Below are positions 56,354 through 64,000 of a stretch of 64,000 nt of DNA, piece after piece (the first letter of the stretch is position 1; each line of letters begins with the position of its first letter). The notes below the pieces were generated by a model. The model did not search any database. It was not told the origin of the DNA and saw nothing but the letters and a program-made list of their open reading frames with translations. Position numbers and translations under genes: made by a program. The stretch comes from an uncultured bacterium (lineage in GTDB: Bacteria > Verrucomicrobiota > Kiritimatiellia > CAIKKV01 > CAITUY01), in assembly GCA_903908715.1 (NCBI GenBank), contig CAIVSY010000111.1, forward strand, positions 58,655 through 122,654, written 5' to 3'.

Positions 56354-57175
56354 TCACCCCCCTGACCGGGCAACCGGTGTTTCTCCCAGCAATAGCTGAA
56401 GGACAACATCCGCCTGCATGTGCGCCGCAATACCCACTCGCGGCGCCATCAGCCCACGTCCCGGTCGCGCATCCTTCTGCAGGTCTCCGATCACATACAC
56501 GCGGGCGCCCATCTTCAGCACCCCCAGGCTCTCCAGTGAACCGTAGCCCGCCACCCCGGAAGCCATGACCACCGGTTTCCCGGGAAATGCCTGTCCGAAG
56601 CTCTCTACAAGCATCGCCTTGGCCTGCGGGGAATCAAACGCTTCCACCAGAATATCCACCCCTCCAAAAACCACCGGGACATTCCCGGACTCGAGTCGCA
56701 CACAGTGTGTCACAACCGTCACATAGGGATTCACCCGGCGAAGATTCGACGCCAGCGCCTCCGTCTTTGGCAGCCCCAGCTGATCGACAAAATACTGCTG
56801 GCGGTTCAGGTTGGACGGCTCCACAACATCGAAGTCGGCCAGCACAAGGCAGCCCACTCCCGTGCGGGCCAATGCGACGGCAACCGCCGAACCCAGACCT
56901 CCGAGCCCCGCAATCCCCACAACGGCGGACTTCACCCGCTCATGCACGCCGGGCGTGTGGCGTGCCACCAGCAGGAACTCCAACTCCTCGCGCGAAGGGA
57001 TTTCCCCCCTGCGTATAAACACCACGCGGTCGCCCTCCGACAGGGCACAATCCTTCGCCGCAACCGCTCCATTCCGGATGACGACGTCGGCCCCCGGCCT
57101 GAGCCGGTCGCGCAGGGAAAAAAGGCTTATGCCTTCCTCCACCTCCACGACCTGCTCCGCCACATGGACATGCAT
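56354..57175 (-). CDS. thiF: ThiF-family adenylyltransferase with N-terminal ThiS-like β-grasp domain
   Basis: N-terminal 60 aa ThiS-like (…GDRVVFIRRGE) with no GG at the junction. ThiF Rossmann motif VGIAGLGGLGS. The protein ends …ARSGG. Confidence 0.7.
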   Translation of the reverse strand: MHVHVAEQVVEVEEGISLFSLRDRLRPGADVVIRNGAVAAKDCALSEGDRVVFIRRGEIPSREELEFLLVARHTPGVHERVKSAVVGIAGLGGLGSAVAVALARTGVGCLVLADFDVVEPSNLNRQQYFVDQLGLPKTEALASNLRRVNPYVTVVTHCVRLESGNVPVVFGGVDILVEAFDSPQAKAMLVESFGQAFPGKPVVMASGVAGYGSLESLGVLKMGARVYVIGDLQKDARPGRGLMAPRVGIAAHMQADVVLQLLLGETPVARSGG

Positions 57176-57205
57176 ATTCCCACCGCCATTCGCCCTGCAA
57201 GAGGA

Positions 57206-58783
57206 TCAGAACGTCGCCGAGAACGACATGGTCGCATGGATCTGGTGCGCGATCTTCGCGACCACCGCTTCCTCCACGCCCTTGTTCACGCGGAAAATCG
57301 CAAGCGACTGGTCACTGTTCATGGGATGCGAATGGCGCACATCTTCGATATTCAGCGAAGCCTCCGCCAAGGCCGCGCCAATCAATCCGACCACACCGGG
57401 CCGGTCCTTGTACTGGAAGCACACCACATGCCCCTTGGGCTCGAAATAGAGCTTGTCGAAATCATTGATCCTCGAAACCATCACCACGCCTTCGGCCACG
57501 GTCCCGCGGACGCTGACCTGCTTCATAGTCTGAGCATCGATGTTTCCGATGAGATCCACTGTGATCGAATTCGCAAAGCCCTTCCGGTCATCCGGCTGGC
57601 GGCTTCGGTAGGAAATGCCGCGTTCCTGCAGGAACTTGAGGGCCACCTTCGAGTCCGCCGAACGGTTGAACTCCTCCCACAAGGCGGCCACCGCCGGAAC
57701 CACCAGGTAATCGGCGAACGGCTGCAGCGAACCGTAGCAGCTCATCTCGATCTCCTTGAGGTTGGCCCCCTTGCCCAGAACCATCCGGCAAACCTTGGCA
57801 AGCGTGTTGACCAGAACACAATAGGCTTCATCCAGTCCTTCCGGGATATCCCGGTTGACGATGTAGGACGTCACGCCCTTTTCATCGAACTCAATCAGTT
57901 GCTCGGCGGAACGCCGCGCGGCATTCGCGTTGGCCTCCTTGGTGCTGGCCCCCAGGTGCGGCACCATGATATCCGCAATATCCGCGATGCTCTTCGGGCC
58001 TGGCTCGTCCTTGGGATACACGTCATTCAGAAGGCGCAGCCCCTTCTCCGCCTTGCTCTTGCGGAACGCGTCCTCGTCCAGCACGCCGGCGCGCGCGCAG
58101 TTGATGACCGTGGCGCCTTTCTTCATCAGGCCCAGCAGCTTGGCGCCAATCAGTTTCTTGGTCTCGGCGGTCTCGGGAATGTGGAGACTCACATAGTCGG
58201 ATTTGGCAAAAATCGTCTCCAGGTCCGTCAATTCCACATCCACTTCCGAGGCGCGTTCGGCCGACACCATGGGATCATATCCCAGCAACCTGCACTCGAA
58301 CCCGGAAAGCCTCTTTGCGACGAGACGTCCGATGTTCCCCAGTCCGACAATGCCCACGGTCTTGCCGGCCACTTCACGGCCCATGAACGCCTTCTTTTCC
58401 CACTCCCCTGCGCGACAGGAGGCATCCGCCTTGATCAGGTGCCGCGCATCGGCCAGCATGAGCGCCACGACTTCCTCGGCCACGCCGTTGGAATTCGCCC
58501 CCGGCGTGTTCATCACGTCCACGCCCTTCTTGCGCGCATACTTGGTGTCGATGGTATTGAAACCCGCTCCCGCCCGGATCACAACCTTGAGCGACGGCAG
58601 CATATTGATGATATCAGCCGTGACCGGTTCGCTGCGCACGATGAGCGCATAGGCATCGGGATGCTTTCCACACAAGGCCACCACATCACCGCCATCGTCC
58701 TGTACGACCTCATAATGACCGTTCGCCTTGAGAATATCCCCTGCCACCTTGTCCAACTTCGTGGGTATCAACACCTTCTTCAT
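57206..58783 (-). CDS. serA: D-3-phosphoglycerate dehydrogenase
   Basis: 525 aa. 2-hydroxyacid dehydrogenase NAD motif GIVGLGNIGR, catalytic R/E/H, and C-terminal ASB/ACT domains. Confidence 0.9.
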   Translation of the reverse strand: MKKVLIPTKLDKVAGDILKANGHYEVVQDDGGDVVALCGKHPDAYALIVRSEPVTADIINMLPSLKVVIRAGAGFNTIDTKYARKKGVDVMNTPGANSNGVAEEVVALMLADARHLIKADASCRAGEWEKKAFMGREVAGKTVGIVGLGNIGRLVAKRLSGFECRLLGYDPMVSAERASEVDVELTDLETIFAKSDYVSLHIPETAETKKLIGAKLLGLMKKGATVINCARAGVLDEDAFRKSKAEKGLRLLNDVYPKDEPGPKSIADIADIMVPHLGASTKEANANAARRSAEQLIEFDEKGVTSYIVNRDIPEGLDEAYCVLVNTLAKVCRMVLGKGANLKEIEMSCYGSLQPFADYLVVPAVAALWEEFNRSADSKVALKFLQERGISYRSRQPDDRKGFANSITVDLIGNIDAQTMKQVSVRGTVAEGVVMVSRINDFDKLYFEPKGHVVCFQYKDRPGVVGLIGAALAEASLNIEDVRHSHPMNSDQSLAIFRVNKGVEEAVVAKIAHQIHATMSFSATF

Positions 58784-58828
58784 GTCATTTCCTCTCCTTC
58801 TTGAACGATTCTCCGCCGCCCTGCGTCT

Positions 58829-61270
58829 TCACCTGGCTTGCGGTTTGAAACACAGCTCCACTACATCCTGGAAAGTCCGCACGAAGTGCGGACGCAACCC
58901 CTTGCGTATATGCGCGGGAAGCTCCTGGTAATCCTTCTCGTTTTCCTTCGGGAATATCAGGTCGACCACCTGGGCACGCTTGGCCGCTATGGTCTTCTCC
59001 TTGATCCCGCCGATCGGCAACACGAAACCGCTCAGCGAAAGCTCCCCGGTCATCGCGTAATGCGCGCGGATCGGCTGGTTCCGCGCCAGGGAGTAGAGGG
59101 CCGTCGCCATCGTGATTCCTGCCGAAGGCCCGTCCTTCGGCGTTGCCCCAGCCGGTACATGCAGGTGGACAAAATGCGTCTCGAAGAACTCCCGGGCCCG
59201 GACATCATCGCTCAAGAGCGAGCGCACAAAGGTGTAGGCGATTTCGGAAGATTCAACCATGACGTTGCCCAGCTGTCCGGTCTGCTTGAATCCCGGACTC
59301 TTCGCCACCACGCCAGTCGCCTCAATGTACAGCGTGGAACCTCCAAGGCTGGTCCAAGCCAACCCCATCACAACACCCACCCGGGGTTTCTTGAACGGAT
59401 CACTTTCCGAGTAAATCCGCCGCCCCAGGAAATCGGTCAGGTTCTTGACCCCCACGGTAACGCGGTCCGCCTTGCCTTCCACGATCCGCTTAACCGCCTT
59501 GCGGCAGATCTTCTTGACCTGGTTCTCCAGGCCGCGAACACCCGGCTCGCGCGCATACCCGTCGATCGTGGCCTCCAGGGCCGCATCGGTGATCTCCAGG
59601 CGGCGTGGCTCAATCCCGTGCGCCTTGAGTTGCTTCGGGAGCAGGAATCGCCGGGCAATCTGGAGCTTCTCCTCCAGGATATACCCCGAAAGCTTGATGA
59701 TCTCCATGCGGTCCAGCAACGGCGCGGGGATCGTATCCGCCTGATTTGCCGTGCAGATGAACATCACATTGGAAAGATCGAACCGGACATCCAGGTAGTG
59801 GTCCAGGAAGTCCTTGTTCTGCTCGGGATCCAGAACCTCCAGAAGCGCCGACGCGGGATCCCCCTGGTAACTGGCGCCGATCTTGTCCACCTCGTCCAGC
59901 ATGATAACCGGATTCTGGGTCTTGCAGACCTTGATCGCCTGCAGGAATTTCCCCGGCATCGCACCGATATACGTCCTCCGATGCCCCTTGATCTCCGCCT
60001 CGTCCCGCATCCCGCCTACCGAAAAACGGTAGAACTTACGTCCCACGCTACGGGCAATCGACTGCCCGATGGAGGTCTTGCCGACCCCCGGAGGCCCGAT
60101 GAAACAGATGATCGAACCCGATATGTTCCCCTTGAGAATCCCCACCGACAGGAATTCGAGAATACGGTCCTTCACATCCTCCAGCCCGTAGTGATCGCCA
60201 TTGAGAATCGACGAGGCTTTCCGGATGTCATAACTGTCCTTGCTGAACACGCCCCATGGCAGGGAGGTGAGCCAGTCAACATAATTGCGGCTGACGGAGA
60301 ACTCCGGCGAGTGCGGCTCGATCACGGCCAGCTTGTTCATCTCCTCGTCGATCCGCTCCTTGGCCTCGTCCGTCAGCGTCAGCTTGGACAAGCGCTCCTT
60401 GAACTCGTCGAGCTCGGTCTCCTTCCCCTCCTTGAGCAGTCCCAATTCCTTCTTGATGGCCTTGAGCTGTTCCCGCAGGAAGAAATCCCGCTGCTGCTTG
60501 GAAACCTTTTCCTCGATCTGCTTGCTGATCTTGGCCTGCAGCCGCGAGATGTCGATCTCCCGCTTGAGAAGCAGCAGGACCTTCTCGATCCGGACCCGGA
60601 TGCTGAAGGCCTCGAGCACCTCCTGCAGATCCTTTCCGCTGGCGGTCGTCATCACCGCCGCGAAATCCGCCAGCCGCCCGGGTTCACGGATATTGGACCG
60701 GTTCAGGAAGAGATTCAGTTCCTCCTTGAACAGGGGGTTCAGTTGCAGCAGGTCCTTCATGGCAGTCACAATGCTCAGCGAATACGCCTTGAGCTCGTCG
60801 TTGTCCGCCATCTCGGTCTCAATCACATAATGCACCCGGACCTTGATGTACGGATCCTCCGAGAGCACATCCAGGATGCGGAACCTTTCCAGGATACCCA
60901 GCATGACCTGGATCGCGCCTTCCGCCCCGGCTTGAGAAACCTGTACAATCTCCGCAATGACACCCACCTTGTGAAGATCCTCCGCCTTACGGGGAATCGG
61001 ACGGTCCTCCACTCCCGGAACCTCGCGGGCCAGGACGAGCCCGACGAACTTGGAGGAAGACTTGGCCGCCGTACTGATCAGTTCCTTGAGCGGCCCGTCA
61101 TCAATGCTGAGCGGCACCATCATCCGAGGGAAAAGCGGCCTCGACATCAACGGAAGGACCGGTAGCGTTTCCGGGAAAACATACCGCGCAGGGATAATGT
61201 TCTTTTCCGAAGACTTCTCTCCCTGCTCCTTTTCCACAACTTCCGCTTCGACTGCCTTCGTATCGGCCAT
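58829..61270 (-). CDS. lon: ATP-dependent protease Lon
   Basis: Start at ATG 61270 (GGAGG ribosome-binding site). LON N-domain, AAA+ Walker [10 protein letters not shown], and protease domain [15 protein letters not shown] with catalytic Ser. Confidence 0.95.
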   Translation of the reverse strand: MADTKAVEAEVVEKEQGEKSSEKNIIPARYVFPETLPVLPLMSRPLFPRMMVPLSIDDGPLKELISTAAKSSSKFVGLVLAREVPGVEDRPIPRKAEDLHKVGVIAEIVQVSQAGAEGAIQVMLGILERFRILDVLSEDPYIKVRVHYVIETEMADNDELKAYSLSIVTAMKDLLQLNPLFKEELNLFLNRSNIREPGRLADFAAVMTTASGKDLQEVLEAFSIRVRIEKVLLLLKREIDISRLQAKISKQIEEKVSKQQRDFFLREQLKAIKKELGLLKEGKETELDEFKERLSKLTLTDEAKERIDEEMNKLAVIEPHSPEFSVSRNYVDWLTSLPWGVFSKDSYDIRKASSILNGDHYGLEDVKDRILEFLSVGILKGNISGSIICFIGPPGVGKTSIGQSIARSVGRKFYRFSVGGMRDEAEIKGHRRTYIGAMPGKFLQAIKVCKTQNPVIMLDEVDKIGASYQGDPASALLEVLDPEQNKDFLDHYLDVRFDLSNVMFICTANQADTIPAPLLDRMEIIKLSGYILEEKLQIARRFLLPKQLKAHGIEPRRLEITDAALEATIDGYAREPGVRGLENQVKKICRKAVKRIVEGKADRVTVGVKNLTDFLGRRIYSESDPFKKPRVGVVMGLAWTSLGGSTLYIEATGVVAKSPGFKQTGQLGNVMVESSEIAYTFVRSLLSDDVRAREFFETHFVHLHVPAGATPKDGPSAGITMATALYSLARNQPIRAHYAMTGELSLSGFVLPIGGIKEKTIAAKRAQVVDLIFPKENEKDYQELPAHIRKGLRPHFVRTFQDVVELCFKPQAR

Positions 61271-61330
61271 ACCTCGCCTCCGTACTACCCTCGGATATTT
61301 CCAGTATGAAACGATTGGAGAAAAATTCAA

Positions 61331-61774
61331 TCAATAAGCCAAGGAAACCCGAATTCTTCCGGAACCGGACCGGACAGGGATCCTGGCTTCCTCGTAGCGC
61401 GGAGCCCGCCATGTCCGCCGGGCCCCGCCGGACACCCCATACCCTTCACGCGGCCGACCCAGGATGTCGAAGTCCAGATGCCCATCCCCATCCTGGTCAT
61501 GGTACACAAGCACCGCGTACTCCCCCGGGGAAACTCCACCAACCGTGACAACCGTGACCGCACCGGTTACACCAGCAACCGCGCCTGTCACAGCCCTTGA
61601 TTCGTCCCGCGGGAAGCCGGCCTCCATGAACAATCCCACCCGCAGGGAGCCGTTGGTCCCGCGCAGGCCGGAAACCTCGACTTCCACACGCACAAGCTCC
61701 TCCGCACACAACCTTGCTGCACAGGTCGCCAAAAGCCAACCCCACCAGATGCATCGCGTCACCATGCCCGTCAT
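61331..61774 (-). CDS. DUF2141 family secreted protein
   Basis: ATG overlaps the asnB stop (ATGA). Signal-like N-terminus. VLVYHDQDGDGHLDFDILGRPREGYGVS matches the DUF2141 core (YNDxNGNGKLD…G.P.EGYGFS). Confidence 0.55.
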   Translation of the reverse strand: MTGMVTRCIWWGWLLATCAARLCAEELVRVEVEVSGLRGTNGSLRVGLFMEAGFPRDESRAVTGAVAGVTGAVTVVTVGGVSPGEYAVLVYHDQDGDGHLDFDILGRPREGYGVSGGARRTWRAPRYEEARIPVRSGSGRIRVSLAY

Positions 61775-63636
61775 CCCCGGAAAAACCGGTTGTGCCAGAT
61801 CGCCACGTTCATCAACGCCCATAATACATGGTTATGGTTGTGTTTCATCGCCAGATGCTCACCGATAAGGGCATTGACGTGATCCACGCTCATGTTCTCC
61901 CGGATCACAGGCGACTCGTTGAGCAGCGAGGTCATGTAGTCCCGGAGCCGGTCCCGCAGGAGATGCTTCACCGGGAGGCTGTACCCCTGCTTGCCTCTGT
62001 ATACGATCGAATCCGGCAGGATCCCCTTCAAGGCGGAGCGGAAAACATACTTGGTGGTCATACGGCGCAGTTTCCAGTCGCCGGGCAGTCCCGCCATGTA
62101 TTCCACGAAGACATGATCGATCAGCGGCACACGGATCTCAAGCGAACTGGCCATGCTCATCTTGTCAACCTTCATCAGCACGCTGTCCGTCATCATGAAA
62201 CGCATATCCAGGTAGACTTCCCGGTTGACGCGGTCTGTCGTGGCGCAATGGGCCATGTGGTCACGGATCAGCCGGAACCGGTCGAATACCGCCTTCTCGC
62301 GGAAACCGCGGGAGAAAAGCTTGAGATCCTGTTCCAGCCCGGAGAAATACTGCCACCGCAAGTGTTCCCCCTCGGGCGGGAGGCTGGCCCCCTCCACGAA
62401 ACGCTTGAGCATGTTGACCGCCCCCTTTTTCTGAGGCTGGTCGGGCAAACCCGCAACAAGGGGCCCCACCACATAACGCCGCACCGGCGCGGGGATAAAG
62501 CGGAAATACTGGTTAAGCCGGCTGGCCTTGAACCGGTCATACCCCGCGAAACTCTCGTCGCCCCCCTCGCCGCTCAGGCAGACGGTGATGAATTCGCGCG
62601 CCTTGCGGCATACCAGCATCAGTGGAACCGCCGAAAGGTCCGTCATAGGCTCATCGAGGTGCCACACGGACTGCTCGATGTTCTCCGCGTTCAGATCATC
62701 AATCATGAGCACGTGATGCTCCGTACCGAAGGCGTCGGCCACGATCCTGGCATATTCCAGTTCGCTGAAGGTCTTGTCGTGGTAGCCAATGGTAAAAGTC
62801 CGGAGCGGACCGCTGATGTGGCGGCGCATCATCGCCACCAGCGCGCTGGAATCGAGGCCGCCGGAAAGGAAAACCCCGAGAGGAACATCACTAATCAGGT
62901 GGCTCTTTACGCAGGAGTCGAGATGGAACCGGAGGGTTTCCACGGCGTCCTCGAACCGGATGTCCTGCTTCGGCGCCATGTCCAGGTCCCAGTATGCCTT
63001 CACCTCAGCCTGCCCGTCACGCCACAGCAATTGGTGTCCGGCAGGCAGCTTCCAGATGTTCCGGAACATGGTCTCGGGAGCCGGCACGAACTCGAATCCA
63101 AGGTAATCGTACAATGCCTGGTGATTGACTTCACGGGGAATCGACCGGTCCTCGAGAATGGCCTTGATTTCAGAGGCAAAGACCAGTTTTCCACCCGCCT
63201 GATGATAGTAGAGCGGCTTGATTCCGATCCTGTCCCGCACGAGCCATAACCAACGGCGGCGGCTGTCCCAAAGCGCAAACGCAAACATTCCCCGGAGCTT
63301 GTGAACCGCCTCGGTTCCATACTCCTCGTATGCATGCAGGATGACCTCGGTGTCGGTCCGGCTGGCGAAGGTATGCCCCCGCCGGATCAGATCGTCGCGC
63401 AATTCCTTGAAATTATAGATCTCCCCATTGAAGACCAGCCTGAGGGAGCCATCCTCATTCGCCATCGGCTGGCGGCCATGGTCGCTCAAATCGATGATAC
63501 TGAGCCGGCGATGCCCGAGGGAAACCCCTTCGTCGCAATACAAACCCTCCTGGTCAGGGCCGCGATGACGGATCGTATCCGCCATCCGCTTGACCAGTTT
63601 CTCGTCCCTCCAGCTGAACCCTACGATTCCACACAT
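61771..63636 (-). CDS. asnB: Asparagine synthase (glutamine-hydrolysing)
   Basis: 621 aa. N-terminal MCGI nucleophile Cys2 and PP-loop SGGLDSS. Confidence 0.9.
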   Translation of the reverse strand: MCGIVGFSWRDEKLVKRMADTIRHRGPDQEGLYCDEGVSLGHRRLSIIDLSDHGRQPMANEDGSLRLVFNGEIYNFKELRDDLIRRGHTFASRTDTEVILHAYEEYGTEAVHKLRGMFAFALWDSRRRWLWLVRDRIGIKPLYYHQAGGKLVFASEIKAILEDRSIPREVNHQALYDYLGFEFVPAPETMFRNIWKLPAGHQLLWRDGQAEVKAYWDLDMAPKQDIRFEDAVETLRFHLDSCVKSHLISDVPLGVFLSGGLDSSALVAMMRRHISGPLRTFTIGYHDKTFSELEYARIVADAFGTEHHVLMIDDLNAENIEQSVWHLDEPMTDLSAVPLMLVCRKAREFITVCLSGEGGDESFAGYDRFKASRLNQYFRFIPAPVRRYVVGPLVAGLPDQPQKKGAVNMLKRFVEGASLPPEGEHLRWQYFSGLEQDLKLFSRGFREKAVFDRFRLIRDHMAHCATTDRVNREVYLDMRFMMTDSVLMKVDKMSMASSLEIRVPLIDHVFVEYMAGLPGDWKLRRMTTKYVFRSALKGILPDSIVYRGKQGYSLPVKHLLRDRLRDYMTSLLNESPVIRENMSVDHVNALIGEHLAMKHNHNHVLWALMNVAIWHNRFFRG

Positions 63637-63669
63637 GCATCACCCCATCCTTCTCCAATCCCTGCATCC

Positions 63670-63984
63670 TCAGTGGTTCAGAGGCCTGCGCATCTCGACA
63701 ATGACCGGCGAGCCCCAGCGCCGGGTCAGGCCAAGCAGCCGGCAACAGGCTTCAAGTCCGGCTGAGAAAGGCCGACAGCGCAACATCCTGTGCAAGACCA
63801 TGGGCAGGAAGAACTGCGGTGCACGGCGCGCCTCCCTGTACCCGTGGCGGGCAAACTCCGTCCGCACCTCCTCATGCACGAAAAGACGCCAGTGCCGGGT
63901 ATTGCCTTCCATCTTCTTCTTGGCATTGAACAATGCAGGGGCAAAGGCATTGATCCCCTGGCTGGTCGGATAGTCCACAATCAC
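63670..63984 (-). CDS. Hypothetical protein, probably the 3' part of a gene whose 5' end lies beyond the window
   Basis: The frame stays open to the window edge. The annotated start is GTG. Confidence 0.3.
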   Translation of the reverse strand: MIVDYPTSQGINAFAPALFNAKKKMEGNTRHWRLFVHEEVRTEFARHGYREARRAPQFFLPMVLHRMLRCRPFSAGLEACCRLLGLTRRWGSPVIVEMRRPLNH

Positions 63985-64000
63985 AGTCCCCCGCGAAACC

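Noticed and set aside
56354-57175. The C-terminal -SGG of the ThiF-like protein as a ubiquitin-like sulfur-carrier tail
   Set aside because: The last 60 aa are probably part of the ThiF fold, not a separate β-grasp domain, so the GG ending may be coincidental. It is kept only as a note within the finding.
57176-57205. TPP riboswitch upstream of the thiF-like gene
   Set aside because: Only 30 nt separate it from serA, which is too short for a THI-box. No THI-box-like sequence was seen.
1-64000. Search for CRISPR arrays, tRNA/rRNA genes, IS elements, integrases or phage genes
   Set aside because: There are no periodic direct repeats, cloverleaf-like intergenic segments or transposase/integrase-like ORFs. 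All intergenic gaps are under 310 nt. The T2SS insertion shows no flanking repeats that would mark a mobile element.

Overview
This is a GC-rich (by eye above 60%), gene-dense bacterial chromosomal segment. I found no rRNA, tRNA, CRISPR array, transposase or integrase. The long antisense ORFs in the track have skewed Arg/Ala/Gly/Val/His composition and are treated as shadow ORFs of the real genes.

The window holds five groups of genes.

1. Housekeeping genes: panB, pdxA, zupT, tpx, rplM-rpsI, class II fba, tcdA, serA, lon and asnB.

2. A type II secretion system split in two by 4.8 kb of unrelated genes. The first block is gspE-gspF. The insertion is a sugar-phosphate isomerase-like TIM barrel, a 665-aa protein with no recognisable family, and an FAD-linked oxidase. 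The second block is gspG-H-I-J-K-L-M-D plus a trailing lipoprotein. Most junctions in this block are overlapping or abutting start/stop codons, and no gspC or prepilin peptidase lies in the window.

3. A minus-strand operon of four genes: an MsbA-like ABC exporter with a Cys-rich N-terminal extension, a small coupled protein, a DUF362/4Fe-4S protein and an LpxL-type acyltransferase.

4. A 17-kb run of same-strand genes. It opens with a 1.68-kaa secreted subtilisin (S8) whose stop codon overlaps the start of a cupin gene, followed by an Fe-ADH. An 8-gene block follows: three Gfo/Idh/MocA paralogues sharing a GHGGGD[F/Y] motif, a polytopic membrane protein, a secreted clan GH-A-like hydrolase, URO-D-like proteins and an amidohydrolase-2 enzyme. 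I read this as a candidate oxidative glycoside-catabolism locus.

5. Individual oddities: a eukaryote-type GT3 glycogen synthase, an adenylating enzyme of the ANL superfamily (PaaK/F390-synthetase branch) coupled to an S51 peptidase, and a ThiS-like/ThiF fusion.

Coordinates follow the supplied ORF track. Starts were trimmed where an internal ATG with a ribosome-binding site or the homology boundary was evident. Intergenic motif positions may be off by 1 nt.
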